DNA of 64,000 nt from Candidatus Heimdallarchaeota archaeon (GCA_011364965.1 RDOB01000004.1:461508-525507); one strand, 5' to 3'. Positions 31,031 through 42,225 are shown, counted from the first letter of the stretch. Program-made: numbers and translations. Notes: generated from the sequence alone by a model not told the origin.

Positions 31031-31804
31031 CTACCGAGTTCCTCTTTTTAATCTTGCACGAGTTAAGAAGATAGCTATGATAATGAGGAGGAGTAAAACT
31101 GCCGGCCCTATAAGCCTTAAAATAGAGTCAAGATAATCAAGTGGCTCGAGAAGATCAGCGCGTTTTATATGGATAATTATGTGCTCCTCAAAAGACTCAC
31201 GATAATATCGCAATACCCCAGTGGATTTATCAAACGCCCATTCGATCCTACGTAGAGACTCATACAAATGATACCCTAAGGAGAATGTATTCTCATCGTT
31301 ATGGACTTCCCCATTCTCAGGTAAGCAAGCACTATAATTCTTCTCAAGTTCATCCCAGAAGCTAGGAGAGGAAGGAGCAAAAAAAGTTGTTTTCCCTAAG
31401 TCTAAATTAATAAATGAAGTATTAGAAGGCAATATTTCCTTTAAGTTGACGATACAATTGATTGGTTGAGAAGAAGCAGTAGAAACATTGAAAACAAATG
31501 TGAAAGGGAAATCTGGCAAGTCAAAAAACAGCATTGAGGCATCAATTCTGTCATTCTCTTGAATAACAAAAGCAGAATCAATCCAAGGACTCGATATCAA
31601 ATGAAATTCTGTATTCCTCAACTGGAGAACTTTCCATGAGAATTTTTGGTGAACTGCAATCCCCCACTCCCAGTCGTTATCCTCTATCGTTCCTTCGGCG
31701 AAAACGGGTGGTACAACCATGAATAAAAGGAAAAGAAGGAGGAATGATATTCCTTTACGTTTATGACAAAAAAGCATTGTGTCCCTCCCAGTTAAATGGT
31801 TCAA
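31031..31804 (-). CDS. Secreted / membrane-anchored hypothetical protein
   Basis: Signal peptide, C-terminal TM and basic tail. Confidence 0.65.
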   Translation of the reverse strand: MNHLTGRDTMLFCHKRKGISFLLLFLLFMVVPPVFAEGTIEDNDWEWGIAVHQKFSWKVLQLRNTEFHLISSPWIDSAFVIQENDRIDASMLFFDLPDFPFTFVFNVSTASSQPINCIVNLKEILPSNTSFINLDLGKTTFFAPSSPSFWDELEKNYSACLPENGEVHNDENTFSLGYHLYESLRRIEWAFDKSTGVLRYYRESFEEHIIIHIKRADLLEPLDYLDSILRLIGPAVLLLLIIIAIFLTRARLKRGTR

Positions 31805-31847
31805 CTATGATAATTGTAGTAATACACCCATTCATCATTATCAATCG

Positions 31848-31960
31848 TAGCTGCCAGTGCAGAAGCGATTCCTATAATTTTAAATGTTTGTCCCCATTGT
31901 GAGGAACTAAATCCCCAGTGCGCTTCTGTCCAAAATGTGGCAGGGATGAAAGGAGATGAT
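31848..31960 (+). pseudogene. Chimeric remnant: 3' end of the 28776 gene joined to the 3' end of the 30164 gene
   Basis: gcgattcctataattttaaatgtttgtccccattg...cttctgtccaaaatgtg (cf. ~29799-29878), then agggatgaaagga (cf. 30759). Confidence 0.6.
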
Positions 31961-32364
31961 CCATTAATTTGTAGCTAAAAAATTAAAATATGATCAAAAA
32001 GAGCTTTCGGAAGGTTTACTCATTTTTATTATATCCTAGAGCACTTACAAGTAACTCAATAAGCAACCAACCATACAGAAGAAGCAAAATACATCGTGCT
32101 ATTTGGTCTTTCCAGATTACGGATCAAAAGTTTCCATGAATTGTTCCCATTTTTCACTCACCTGAGTATAGAACGTAGCAATATCAGGATTAAACTCCAC
32201 CGAAGCATAGAGACAGGTAATAATATCCTGACGCTCAAGAGAGAGTTAGCTCAGTCCTTTAATTAATCCCCAAAATTAAATAGGATAAAACTCCCCAGTA
32301 ATGGAGATAGGGGATTATGAAGGGAAATCAATCAAGTTATACTTTCATCGAAGAGCATCATATA

Positions 32365-33423
32365 TCATATATCAACTTGTTCTACTGCAGCGGAGGCGTT
32401 AAGAAGACCGAATCCAAAAAACTTGTCCCATCCACTTGCGCCTAGGTCAATAGCCGTGGAATGAAGAATTTCACGAATACGATTTATTGAGAGATTTGAA
32501 TTGACAGATTTCATCAGAGCAATAACTGCTGCAACCTGTGGCGCAGCAAAAGACGTTCCTGGACATCCTGAATATTTTCCATTTAAAACGGTACTAATTA
32601 GCAGCTCCCCTTTGGGAGCTTTTCCATCTCCTACTGGTGCCATTAACTCGCTTTGAGTGCCATAATTTGAATAATCAGCCTTCTCCAGATCATAATTCGT
32701 CGCTCCTACAGCAATCACTTCAGTTAAAGCTGCAGGATTCCTATATTCTTCTTTTCCTTCGCTCTCTGTATTACTAATAGACCCAACCACAGAGATATTT
32801 GAGTTCAAGGCATCTATGATAGCATTCTGCCAAGAGCTATCATCATTTAAAACTGAATAACTGATACTTATTATATCAGCCCCATTAGCTATCGCATACC
32901 GAATAGCTTGAGTCATATCTAAACTAATCCTCCCGTCATTAGAAACCTCCTCATTTAAAACACGAAGATCCATCAGTTTAACATTGTAAGCAATCCCGTA
33001 GATATATTTCCTTTCACTCACTCGTTTCGCAGCGATTATTCCCGCAATGGCAGTCCCATGCCAATGGATAGGATCAGATGGTTGAGGACCAGGAGTATTA
33101 TCTCCAGATAAGAAATCCCACCCCGCTATGTCGTCAATATACCCATTTTCGTCATCGTCGAGACCGTTATCTGGAATTTCATCTGGGTTAACCCACTGCG
33201 CATGAACCAAATCAGGATGGCTAAAATCAATCCCAGAATCCAAAATCTCGACAGTAATGTTCGAATTTCCTCCACCAGATACGGCCCAAGCCCCCTCCAC
33301 TTCAATCTGCGTCAAGTGCCACGGAAAAGGGATAGGATTTGGTTTGTAGAGAATACCAAAAATAAGTAACAGGATACAAAGACCCATGAGAATTTGACGA
33401 ACTCCTAAAACGGATAATTTCAA
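32365..33423 (-). CDS. Subtilisin-like S8 serine protease
   Basis: ILDSG, HGTAIAG, GTSFAAPQVAA catalytic triad motifs; N-terminal signal. Confidence 0.93.
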   Translation of the reverse strand: MKLSVLGVRQILMGLCILLLIFGILYKPNPIPFPWHLTQIEVEGAWAVSGGGNSNITVEILDSGIDFSHPDLVHAQWVNPDEIPDNGLDDDENGYIDDIAGWDFLSGDNTPGPQPSDPIHWHGTAIAGIIAAKRVSERKYIYGIAYNVKLMDLRVLNEEVSNDGRISLDMTQAIRYAIANGADIISISYSVLNDDSSWQNAIIDALNSNISVVGSISNTESEGKEEYRNPAALTEVIAVGATNYDLEKADYSNYGTQSELMAPVGDGKAPKGELLISTVLNGKYSGCPGTSFAAPQVAAVIALMKSVNSNLSINRIREILHSTAIDLGASGWDKFFGFGLLNASAAVEQVDI

Positions 33424-33778
33424 TTAATTATTCTCCGATTGAATGAAAATCTGCTTAGCAAATGGCTGGGTAAATTTTCGTGCTTAAAAACAATTTCATT
33501 TTTATTTTTACAGATTTTTTCTTTTAAGAATCCAAATATTTTTGGTTTGCCTCTATTATTTTTTTTATATATGATTTAGAGTGAACTTAAGGTTTTAAGA
33601 AATCTTCTATAATTATACAGGTAATTAGAGAAGGTTTGAGCGAAAAGCAGAGAAGAAATCGAAAAAAGTAAACATATGAGTATACAGAAATCAGATTAAA
33701 ACTAAAATGGATTAAAATTATCTTAGTTAATAGAATTTCTCAAGAACATTTTTTTGTGTTACTCTTTGCGATTGCTTC

Positions 33779-34117
33779 TCAATTTTGTAATAAATCCAAA
33801 AAGAGTAGAAAAATGAAATAAATACCAAATCCAAGGGCTAGCCAGCCAGTAATGTACAGAATGAGATCGAACATATCAACAACTGATTGATTAAGGTATT
33901 TATTAGCGAAATAGAGACAAATACCTCCTCCGAATAAAAGCCAACCCCAGTGTTGTTGTGTCCAACAGATGTATGAGCAGTAGTGCCGCTCTCCAGTGGA
34001 GAAGAGTATTTTATTCAACACGCTTCCAGGAAATTTACGTTTACAATGAGTACAGAGGAGTAAATCGAGTGAGGGGGTGGATTCTTCAAGATTAGACATC
34101 AGAGTTCGCCAACGCAT
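33779..34117 (-). CDS. Small membrane protein with TRASH/MYM-like Zn finger
   Basis: CTHC...HYCSYIC plus 2 TM; paralog of 6393. Confidence 0.65.
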   Translation of the reverse strand: MRWRTLMSNLEESTPSLDLLLCTHCKRKFPGSVLNKILFSTGERHYCSYICWTQQHWGWLLFGGGICLYFANKYLNQSVVDMFDLILYITGWLALGFGIYFIFLLFLDLLQN

Positions 34118-34437
34118 ACAGAGATGTTTCTTTCTTCATAATACCTTTATGATTTATCTCTCGAAAGTTAGTTATATATCTGGTGTTTGTTTCAGTTTAT
34201 AATCCGTGAATTTCTTTACATACTATGCGTGATTGACACTTAGTTTATAAAAACATTATTAATAGAGTGACAGGTAACAAGTTGGGAGTGCTAGAAAAAT
34301 CATCCCAGCTCTTTAATTCAATATCAGTATACTCACATGGAGAGATAATCCTAAGTCTAAATAAGATGAATTTTCTCGTTAATGAGGAAAAGAGGAGTTG
34401 GAGGAGAGAATAACCCAAATAAAGCCTAATACGAGCT

Positions 34438-34592
34438 CAACCAACAGACAGATATCAAACCAAGCGCCAACACTGAACTAGACCATCCAGGCTGGAACAC
34501 TGCTTCTGCAGCTATCTGACGAGGGATCTTTCAAAAAACTCAATCTCTGCACTCTTCTGTAAAGAGAAGCCCTCCTGCGGTGAGGAACAGCT
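34438..34592 (-). repeat. 23S-3'-end/trailer repeat copy
   Basis: caaccaacagacagatatcaaaccaagcgccaa...cactgcttct..gacgaggga...gccctcctgcggtgaggaacagct. Confidence 0.85.
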
Positions 34593-34645
34593 AAAGCTAA
34601 AATAATAATATTAAACCAGATATTGATAATATTTTTATTGAATAT

Positions 34646-35563
34646 TCAGCCATTTAGGATCGAAAGAACATATTCCGTGAAAAGAGCAAAATCTGTCTCT
34701 CTGAGAGTCAAAAGGGAGAACCCATGCTGCTCTGCAAATTCTTGGGCTTGCTGAGGTGATATGATACTAGCATTATTAGAGTCGAATATTCCTAAAATGA
34801 AGAACTTTGGATTTCTGTATATTTCATGGATCGTTAGGGATGGCCCTATACGATGGAGCTCCTTAATCGATTTTACATAGGACTCTAAGGCATCAAAAGA
34901 GTCTTGATCAGAATAGCAAAAGAAGAGAAAATAATATTCAGCGAGAAGCGTAGATGGGAAATTTGGATATTTCTCTCTATCAGGTCTCAGAGAGGCTAAT
35001 TCACGTCTGAATTGACGCATTGCGTCCTTATTTCTTCCGATTTCCTTTTTCGGTTTAATCACATACATTTCGTAGTCAATATTTTCTTGAGAAAGACAGG
35101 CGATATAAACATGAGTCGGAATATCATAAAGGGAAATCCTCTTGATTGACTCACGATCTTCTAGGGTTCTATAAGCAATATTCTCTCTTTTCCCTTTTCC
35201 ATCGAGATATCCATGTCTGGCATGAAATTCGTTGACCCGGTGAAAGCATTCAAGGTGGTTTCGGATTCCCTCCCGCGCCAATACCTCCTCATCGCTGATA
35301 ATCTGTTCTGGTGGTTTCATCACAAAATTACGGATCAATTCCGATTTTACTTGGTCACACTGCCCTAAACAGACTATTTTGACTGCCTCGACTTGATTCT
35401 GTGGATCCCTGTTTCGACGCTTTGCCATTCGTCGCCTAATCTCCCACCGGACTTGTTCCGTAATCGGGATATCCATTAAGGAGGGAGAGATTCCATTGAT
35501 TGGATGGAGAAGAATTCCATTGTTTGGCGAGAGAATATGTTTCTCAGTTTTTTTGCTTCCCAC
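34646..35563 (-). CDS. Divergent GTPase-fold-like protein
   Basis: VKIVCLG; FCYSDQDSFDALESY; FFILGI...ISPQQAQEFAEQHG, with large insertions. Confidence 0.55.
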   Translation of the reverse strand: MGSKKTEKHILSPNNGILLHPINGISPSLMDIPITEQVRWEIRRRMAKRRNRDPQNQVEAVKIVCLGQCDQVKSELIRNFVMKPPEQIISDEEVLAREGIRNHLECFHRVNEFHARHGYLDGKGKRENIAYRTLEDRESIKRISLYDIPTHVYIACLSQENIDYEMYVIKPKKEIGRNKDAMRQFRRELASLRPDREKYPNFPSTLLAEYYFLFFCYSDQDSFDALESYVKSIKELHRIGPSLTIHEIYRNPKFFILGIFDSNNASIISPQQAQEFAEQHGFSLLTLRETDFALFTEYVLSILNG

Positions 35564-35605
35564 ACATTTTCACCTAATTACAAAAAGCCTTCTAAATACT
35601 TAATT

Positions 35606-36622
35606 TCATTTATTTGTGAATAATAGTCTATCAGCCTTCCTTAAGTACGATTTCAACATAAAAAGGTAGATAATTCCCAAGGAAAATGGAATAATTACCA
35701 GAATTAATGCAATGAAGTAATAAAAATGCTCTAATATGCTGCTAATATCACTAAATGCTATTAAGACGGTTAAAATGGCAAATAGAGGCAGAGAAATAAG
35801 GCCTAATGTTTCCAATGTATAATCTAAAGTACTAATTTGGATTTGACATTTTTTATATGCTGTAATATGATCGAAAATGATCCAATCAGGGAAGAGTATG
35901 AACCTGTGGATTAAGAAATAATTGGTCACAATAGTGACAGCTATTATGATTATAATCTTTGTGACAATATTAGAGTAAGAAAAGAAAAACATATCGGAGA
36001 AATAGCAAGCTAAAGCTATAGAAAGCGCTACCAAAAAAAGCCCTCTAGTAAGTTTGAGCTCGAAAAATTCAGAATAGCGTTCTTCTGTTGTCATAAGCTC
36101 TCTTTTTTTATACGATAGTACCGAATAAAAGCCTATGAGCAATAAAGGAATTAGAATATTAATCAGTGAGGTTATTCCTAAGAAACTCCCAATCAGAAGA
36201 AAACTGCATATTGCTGTCAAAGGATGAGCTTTCGACCAGGTTTCCCCCCAAAATAAGATATATTTTTTCAAATCCAAGGTATTTACTGATTTAATGGTAG
36301 ATCCTCCACAGGAATTACACCTTTCTTGATTAAGCATATTGTGTGACCCACAAAATGTGCATAGATTGAGGATATTCAGAGATACCAATAACTCTAGCGG
36401 GGTTCATAGCTCAGTAATCAACGTATTCAATTCGTTTGTGAGATTAGATTCGTCCCTTCTCTTAATAAGTTGAATCTGAGCTTCTAGAAATGAGAATAGT
36501 CTCTTTTTTACCAAGTCTTGACTTTTTAAAGAAATATTATATTCGTTTAATGTCCTATCTAAGCTACTTTCATAGTTTTGAATGAAATTCTGAGAATACT
36601 CATCCAAATCATATATCCACAT
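35606..36622 (-). pseudogene. Membrane protein with HAAS-like N-domain and Zn ribbon, split by one in-frame TGA
   Basis: ORFs 36404..36622 and 35606..36388 are in the same frame; the junction reads ITEL*TPLELL. Confidence 0.7.
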
Positions 36623-36782
36623 GCCACCTCATCCTAATCTTTTTAGGAGTAATACCGTTCATTGTCAATAGATATTCCCCTTCCTTTTCAAGAAGTAAGT
36701 ATGCATATATATGCTTATAAGATATCCAGATGTAAAAAATTGCGGGCATTTTGAGTAATGTACAAATCCTCCTAAATCCCTC

Positions 36783-36920
36783 CAACCAACGTACAGACAT
36801 CAAATCACGCGCCAATTTGTATGAATATCTCTCTTGCTGCTTCTATCGCTATCTCCCGAGGGATTTTCTTAAAGAAATCAATTTCCACACGGTTAGTCAT
36901 CCTGTAGTGAGGGACAGCTA
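36783..36920 (-). repeat. 23S-3'-end/trailer repeat copy
   Basis: caaccaacgtacagacatcaaatcacgcgccaatttgtatgaatatctctcttgctgcttctatcg...atttccacacggttag..cctgtagtgagggacagcta. Confidence 0.92.
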
Positions 36921-37300
36921 GAGCTAAAAACCATAGGATTAGGGTGAAATGAACGAAAGGTCTCCTCCCATAACAAATTTCCCATGTTTTTCCCAATGGA
37001 TGGAATTCAGGAGATATAGCAGCCTTATATTCCCAAAATCTAGCTTGTAAATGAATGAGTATTATTCTCGACATTCTTGAATAGCGATTCTTTAACTGAA
37101 CAACATTTAGTGGATTATTTGGGACAATCAAGGTCATTGACATATTTTCATCCTATCATATTCGTATCGAAATTTTGATTTGGTTTCTTCATCACATAAT
37201 AACTAAAGAAGTTTTAGATGAAAAAAGTTAAATATTCTGACGTTTTTTATAAAAGTGAGCTTCAGTTATGCATTTATTTCTGAAGCTGGAGATATAAAGT

Positions 37301-37951
37301 GTGCAGAATGAAAAACCTGGTTGGATAAAGATCAAACTACTATTTAAATGGATCCTCATTCTCGTGAGCGGGATGACAGTCCATCTCTTGTGCTATACTC
37401 CTTATCTCTTTCAGTATATTGGCCTTCCAGACGAATTGGAGGTATTAATTCCAATATTATTGGTTAATTGGATACTATGGTTCTTTTTAACCTATGCCCC
37501 TTTCATATTCTATCTCCTACATCCAATTGCATTATTCCCTTACCTCCTCTGTTTTCCTGTCCTAGTTGGCTGGCCACTAATTTGGGTCTTTATGATGATA
37601 AAGATGGACCAACTGTTTAGAACCACACCTGACTTAAAATCAGTTCTACTCTACGTTGGAAGTTTTCCTCTCGCTTTTATCCCTCTGATCATTATACCAA
37701 CACTTTTCCCCTCTTTAAACACAATGATGTTTGAGGCACGCCCCTATATTTCGATGACTCAATTTTTGGTGGGATACTGGATGCTTTTCTTGTGGTTAAT
37801 TAGCTGGTGTGGTCTTTGGCATCTCAAACTTCCCCAAACGCTTTTCCAGGAAAAAAAACAGTCTAATATCTTTTTCTTATGGATTGGCTGGCTTTTGCTA
37901 CTGACCTTGGTGAGTTATCTGCTTCCCCTTTTTCCTCCTCCTCTCCCCTAA
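37301..37951 (+). CDS. Membrane protein, distant member of the 'MLKNEE' family
   Basis: WILILVSG, TTPDLK, GYWMLFLWLISW. Confidence 0.7.
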   Translation: MQNEKPGWIKIKLLFKWILILVSGMTVHLLCYTPYLFQYIGLPDELEVLIPILLVNWILWFFLTYAPFIFYLLHPIALFPYLLCFPVLVGWPLIWVFMMIKMDQLFRTTPDLKSVLLYVGSFPLAFIPLIIIPTLFPSLNTMMFEARPYISMTQFLVGYWMLFLWLISWCGLWHLKLPQTLFQEKKQSNIFFLWIGWLLLLTLVSYLLPLFPPPLP

Positions 37952-38175
37952 TATACAATAGCGATTTGAGATGATTTATGTGAAACTGAGCAAGAACATT
38001 TTCCTTTTACTTCTTCTAACTTTCTACCTGATTATTTCAACCAATAATTTCAACAGCACATTCAGTGAGCAAAGTAATCCCGAGGATCCCGAATTGTTTT
38101 TGATTACCTGCGCAGATGATTCAGTAATACGAACTTTTACGACCATTTTTATTGGGACGGAATTATGAAAAACGT

Positions 38176-38248
38176 GTAAGTAGTAAGTTACATTCCTGTG
38201 TCTCTGATCTAAGACGAGAACTTGATCACCAATTTCATTATGAATGAG
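38176..38248 (+). pseudogene. 3' remnant of a nucleotidyltransferase gene (56885 family)
   Basis: agttacattcctgtgtctctgatctaagacgaga...tatgaatgag matches ~57549-57611. Confidence 0.6.
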
Positions 38249-38295
38249 AGAGGGCCAAACCCTGAATCATAATTTTTAGGGGATTTTCAACTAAA

Positions 38296-38428
38296 AAAAG
38301 TGAGAAACATTCCATTTAGGTGATATCTTGCTGAGAGTTGAAAGAGTTAACCATTTCCCACGAAGAAAAATGTGAGAGAAAACGAAATAGAAATTACTTA
38401 AACACAAAAACAAATTGCATTTTTCGTC
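38296..38428 (-). repeat. Second conserved non-coding element (trailer extension)
   Basis: tgagagttgaaagagttaaccatttcccacgaaga; contiguous with the main repeat. Confidence 0.7.
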
Positions 38429-38494
38429 TAACGAACGTACAGACATCAGATCACGCGCCAAATTTGTATGAACATCTCTCCTGCAACTTCTATC
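38429..38494 (-). repeat. 23S-trailer repeat copy (partial)
   Basis: taacgaacgtacagacatcagatcacgcgccaaatttgtatgaacatctctcctgcaacttctatc. Confidence 0.88.
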
Positions 38495-38576
38495 ACTCAT
38501 GCTCTGTTCCTCATGTATTTAGAATGCGTACCTCTCAGCCATCCAACATGGGAGGGGATAGCATAAAGTAGTTGCT

Positions 38577-39011
38577 TTAACATTTGACTTTATCCTCAAA
38601 CCACGCAATTACTTCCGTTATTTCTGGGCATGTTGTTCCATCAGCAATTTTCAATGCTAAATCCACAATCTCATCCTGAGAAGTTATAATGGTACATCCA
38701 TTAATATAAAGAAAACTTAGCATGATAGAAACACTTGTCCTCTTATTAGCATCATTAAATACATGCCAAGCATTAGGCCAATATAGATATGCTGCTGCTT
38801 TCGCTGCTATTGATAGATATGAATCCATGTTAAAATAGGACTCTTGTGGTTTATCTAGACTAGCTCTAAGCTTATCATCATCAAGTATCCCCCAATCACT
38901 GACATCTTCCCCAGTTGAGGCATAGTAAGTTTTTATCCAATTATAAATATAAACAGCAGTATTGTAATCGATGTATTCACAGGTTTGCGAGTTTGTCGAG
39001 TGCTTCCCCAT
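38577..39011 (-). CDS. Doc/Fic-family toxin
   Basis: HVFNDANKRT Fic/Doc motif; L.ASLDKP. Confidence 0.88.
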   Translation of the reverse strand: MGKHSTNSQTCEYIDYNTAVYIYNWIKTYYASTGEDVSDWGILDDDKLRASLDKPQESYFNMDSYLSIAAKAAAYLYWPNAWHVFNDANKRTSVSIMLSFLYINGCTIITSQDEIVDLALKIADGTTCPEITEVIAWFEDKVKC

Positions 39012-39090
39012 AATTCTTCCTTACCAATTCAAGAACCTCATCTAATTCGAGGTTATGAGGAGGTGTTTCTTGCATTGGAATTTCAGACAT
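38977..39090 (-). CDS. Putative 37-aa antitoxin peptide overlapping doc
   Basis: Manual translation MSEIPMQETPPHNLELDEVLELVRKNYGEALDKLANL*. Confidence 0.55.
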   Translation of the reverse strand: MSEIPMQETPPHNLELDEVLELVRKNYGEALDKLANL

Positions 39091-39439
39091 GTTTATTAAT
39101 TTTCTATCTTCCAATTTTGTTCGACAACCTTATGTTCTTAGTATATTTAATTATAATGACTTATTCTTATCTTGCTATGTAATGTGAATTCCCTAAATAC
39201 AGGAGACTAAAATACCTTTATAAAATCATCGATTTGAATCTAGTAGATTTTCTTCAGATGCTGAATTGTTAAATAGGTTAATTTGTGTGATTATGGATTA
39301 ATTCTCTTATAAGAACTGAATTTTTTTTTGTACATGAGAACAAGGATTGACTAATGGTAGATAAGTTAATAGAAGTCAAATAGTGGTATCAAAGTAAGCT
39401 TTATATTAATTTATGTCTTAGTTGTTTTACTTCTCGTGA

Positions 39440-39584
39440 AACAAACGTACAGACATCAGATCAAGCGCCAATTCTATAGTTTCTCCAGAATACTGCTTCT
39501 ATCGCTCTCTCCGCGGGAGTTTCTTAAGGAAATCAATTTCCACACTATTTATTGAATAGTAGCCCTCCTGCAGTGAGGGACAGC
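39440..39584 (-). repeat. 23S-3'-end/trailer repeat copy
   Basis: aacaaacgtacagacatcagatcaagcgccaatt...aatcaatttccacac...agtagccctcctgcagtgagggacagc. Confidence 0.92.
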
Positions 39585-39655
39585 CAACGAATAAGAAGAC
39601 CACTATGATTAGGAAGATTTATGAACAAGCACTGCTTTAAAAAACGAGAAATCCG

Positions 39656-40189
39656 ATGAGTGCGGAAAACGAGTATTTACTGAAGATCCCTATAATAGGA
39701 GAAAATACCTTACTTAATGCCAAGTTCGGTAGATTAACAGCAGAGGGGAAATTTAATGAGAATTCATTCCCATCATATGGAGTCGAAATCGTTACCAAGA
39801 AGATCAGAGTTGAGGAAGACAACGTAAAATTGATTCTAGTGATTGTTGCAGGAAGCTGCCCAAATTATTATCGAGGGGCATCTGGGTGCGTAATTCTATT
39901 TGATAAAGGAACAGTAAAGACCTTTACACAAGTAACCCGCTGGTTAGCAGAGTTTCGAAAATCTATTCCAGAGGTTACTATACCGATCGCTATAGTAGGG
40001 GTCAAAACCGAGGACCAAGAGGAGTTGATCACCCCCGAGGAAGGGCAGCAACTTGCTGAAAAATTGCAGATTGCATATTATGAAACCACCCTCACAGATA
40101 AAGCTCATGTAGAATATATCCTCACCGAAATATCGAAGAAAGCTCTAGCTACCAAAGAGTGGTTCGTCATTCAGGACGAAAAACCGTGA
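39656..40189 (+). CDS. Rab-like pseudo-GTPase
   Basis: PSYGVEIVTKKI, YYRGASG, PIAIVG, YYET; P-loop and G3 motif missing. Confidence 0.8.
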   Translation: MSAENEYLLKIPIIGENTLLNAKFGRLTAEGKFNENSFPSYGVEIVTKKIRVEEDNVKLILVIVAGSCPNYYRGASGCVILFDKGTVKTFTQVTRWLAEFRKSIPEVTIPIAIVGVKTEDQEELITPEEGQQLAEKLQIAYYETTLTDKAHVEYILTEISKKALATKEWFVIQDEKP

Positions 40190-40416
40190 AAGAGAGTGAT
40201 ATACGCCCAGCAGCGAGGAAATAAGATCTAACTTTGTAAAATATACCTGCGATCAAGGAAGGCAAGACACAAATCCAAATGATCGATATTATACGTATTC
40301 TCGGCAGAATGATAAATATGGTTATGGAATAATCGATGTTTGGGAAACATTGATGGATCTCTCATAAATGGCAAAGGAATTCATTATGGGTAGGAAATAA
40401 AAGAAAGGAAAAATCA

Positions 40417-41571
40417 ATGGAAGACATCACATTGAAGCAAAGTACATCTGAGATATCACGAATAGCTTTGATAAGACTAGGATTGGTAGTGCTCTTCTTC
40501 CTGACATGTATAATTGTCCCAGTATTCAAAATATTACCATTTCTCGAGCGAACTAGTGGAGTACTAGAGCAGTCACCCCAAACGACATTTTATTTTCATG
40601 ATGCTATTGTTAATGCCGTCGATTGGTCTTTTTTCGGGATAGGAAAGGTTTTTGTCCTTTTTCCCGGAATGATCATCAGCTTGTTGGTATGGATGATGCC
40701 TTTATTTGGATTATTGACGATTTTAATAGCCTTTCGAGTTTTCTTTGACGAAATACGTGGGATTCCTAGTCATTTGCTGTGCTATTATCAAAAGGTCGCG
40801 ATTCTCACTCTTGGCATTATCTGGATAGAATGGAGTGCGTTTTTATGTCTAATCCTAGGGGAAGAATGGGGACATATGATCCCAGAAGTTATCAGTCTTC
40901 CCCCAATTCCCAACACATTCCTATTGTCATTGACGCTTTTCGGAACACTTGCGCTGTTAGGGAGTACTTCTACCGTCCCAATCAAATTAGATTCCTTATT
41001 GAAAGTATTTTGCATTTCAGATTCTACTAATTCTAAAAGCACTAACCAAAAGAATTACTATAGGAAAATAATTATAGAAATCACTCTTCTCTGTGTTTTT
41101 TTTCTTACATGTGTCCTCTTTCCGTTCTTACGAGTTCTCCCTTTTCTACAATCACCTCTTACTTCTGATTACGAGGGGCCTACTTTTTTCTTCGATCATT
41201 ATATTCAGAATGGATATAAACATCCCTATGTGAGTGCACCTTTCCAACCAAATCTATTGACATTATTTGGAATCGTCGGTTGGTTCATGGTTGGTCTCGG
41301 ATTGAGTACCGTGATTCTTTTCCTGTTCTCTTTATACCAGAACGGAAAGATTCACCCTTCCTCTTTCTCAGTTTTATTCCGTTGTTTATCAGGTGTAACT
41401 CTTGGTTTCATCTTATTTGAATGGATTATGATCTTTTCTGCAACAGATAATGATTGGATTATTCAAAAGTTCGGAACTAGTCTCCAACCTGACTTATTGT
41501 TGTTTGGACTCATGGTTTGTGGTGTAATTAGCTTGATTGGTATCAATCTCATTGTTGATGATAGCGCTTGA
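40417..41571 (+). CDS. Membrane protein with an internal duplication
   Basis: LFFLTCIIVPVFKILPFL and VFFLTCVLFPFLRVLPFL open the two halves. Confidence 0.72.
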   Translation: MEDITLKQSTSEISRIALIRLGLVVLFFLTCIIVPVFKILPFLERTSGVLEQSPQTTFYFHDAIVNAVDWSFFGIGKVFVLFPGMIISLLVWMMPLFGLLTILIAFRVFFDEIRGIPSHLLCYYQKVAILTLGIIWIEWSAFLCLILGEEWGHMIPEVISLPPIPNTFLLSLTLFGTLALLGSTSTVPIKLDSLLKVFCISDSTNSKSTNQKNYYRKIIIEITLLCVFFLTCVLFPFLRVLPFLQSPLTSDYEGPTFFFDHYIQNGYKHPYVSAPFQPNLLTLFGIVGWFMVGLGLSTVILFLFSLYQNGKIHPSSFSVLFRCLSGVTLGFILFEWIMIFSATDNDWIIQKFGTSLQPDLLLFGLMVCGVISLIGINLIVDDSA

Positions 41572-41801
41572 TTGTAAGAATGATCGTCGAATGTGCAGAG
41601 AAGTTTGATCCTGATAGTACCATATACTTAGTAGGATCACAAGCAATCGATCAAACCTCGTTGACCAGTGACATTGATATTCTAATAATATCAAATATTA
41701 AAGAAAAATTAGCCAAGAATTTAAGAAAAAATCTCAGATGTGTAAATAGTAAGTTACACTCCTACATCTCTGTATTCAAGGACATTTCCACACCATTATA
41801 A
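41568..41801 (+). pseudogene. Internally deleted nucleotidyltransferase (56885 paralog)
   Basis: IYLVGS...SDIDILI joined directly to the C-terminal KLHSYIS. Confidence 0.7.
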
Positions 41802-42080
41802 AGTTTAGCTGGTGTTAGGGAAGCGGCCTTGAACAGACTCAACGCAAAAATCCTGAGCAAATGAACAGTCCAAATTATTACTAAAGAAGTTGGAGTATTA
41901 GAAAAATGTCCAAACGCGATAGAAGACTTAATTGGAAATAAATTACCAATAAATTCTCATAACTCAAAATCGAAGGATGAAAGCTTGGAAGACGAAAAGG
42001 TGTGCCATTATTTCCACGGATTTGTGTAGGGGTAAAAAAGCAAATACATTAAGAATACGAAAGGAAGAATAAAAGCAACT

Positions 42081-42225
42081 CAACGAACGTACAGACCTCA
42101 GATCACGCGCCAATTTGTATGAATATCTCTCTTGCTGCTTCTATTGCTATCTCCGAGGGATTTTTTAAAAAAACTCAATTTCCACACTATCTACTAAATA
42201 GTAGCCCTCCTGCGGTTAGGAACAG
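42081..42225 (-). repeat. 23S-3'-end/trailer repeat copy (near consensus)
   Basis: caacgaacgtacagacctcagatcacgcgccaatttgtatgaatatc...ctcaatttccacac...gtagccctcctgcggttaggaacag. Confidence 0.94.

Noticed and set aside
36404-36406. Selenocysteine or recoded TGA
   Set aside because: The position corresponds to Gly, not Cys, and TGA is used as a normal stop in many genes here.
36805-37143. ORFs sharing KIPREIAIEAAREIFIQ or ARDLMSVR (36805, 57711, 44393, 28313, 36609, 38291, 38338, 53189, 48939) as a protein family
   Set aside because: They are translations of the repeat in different frames and strands. Other copies have frame-breaking indels and the N-termini are unrelated.
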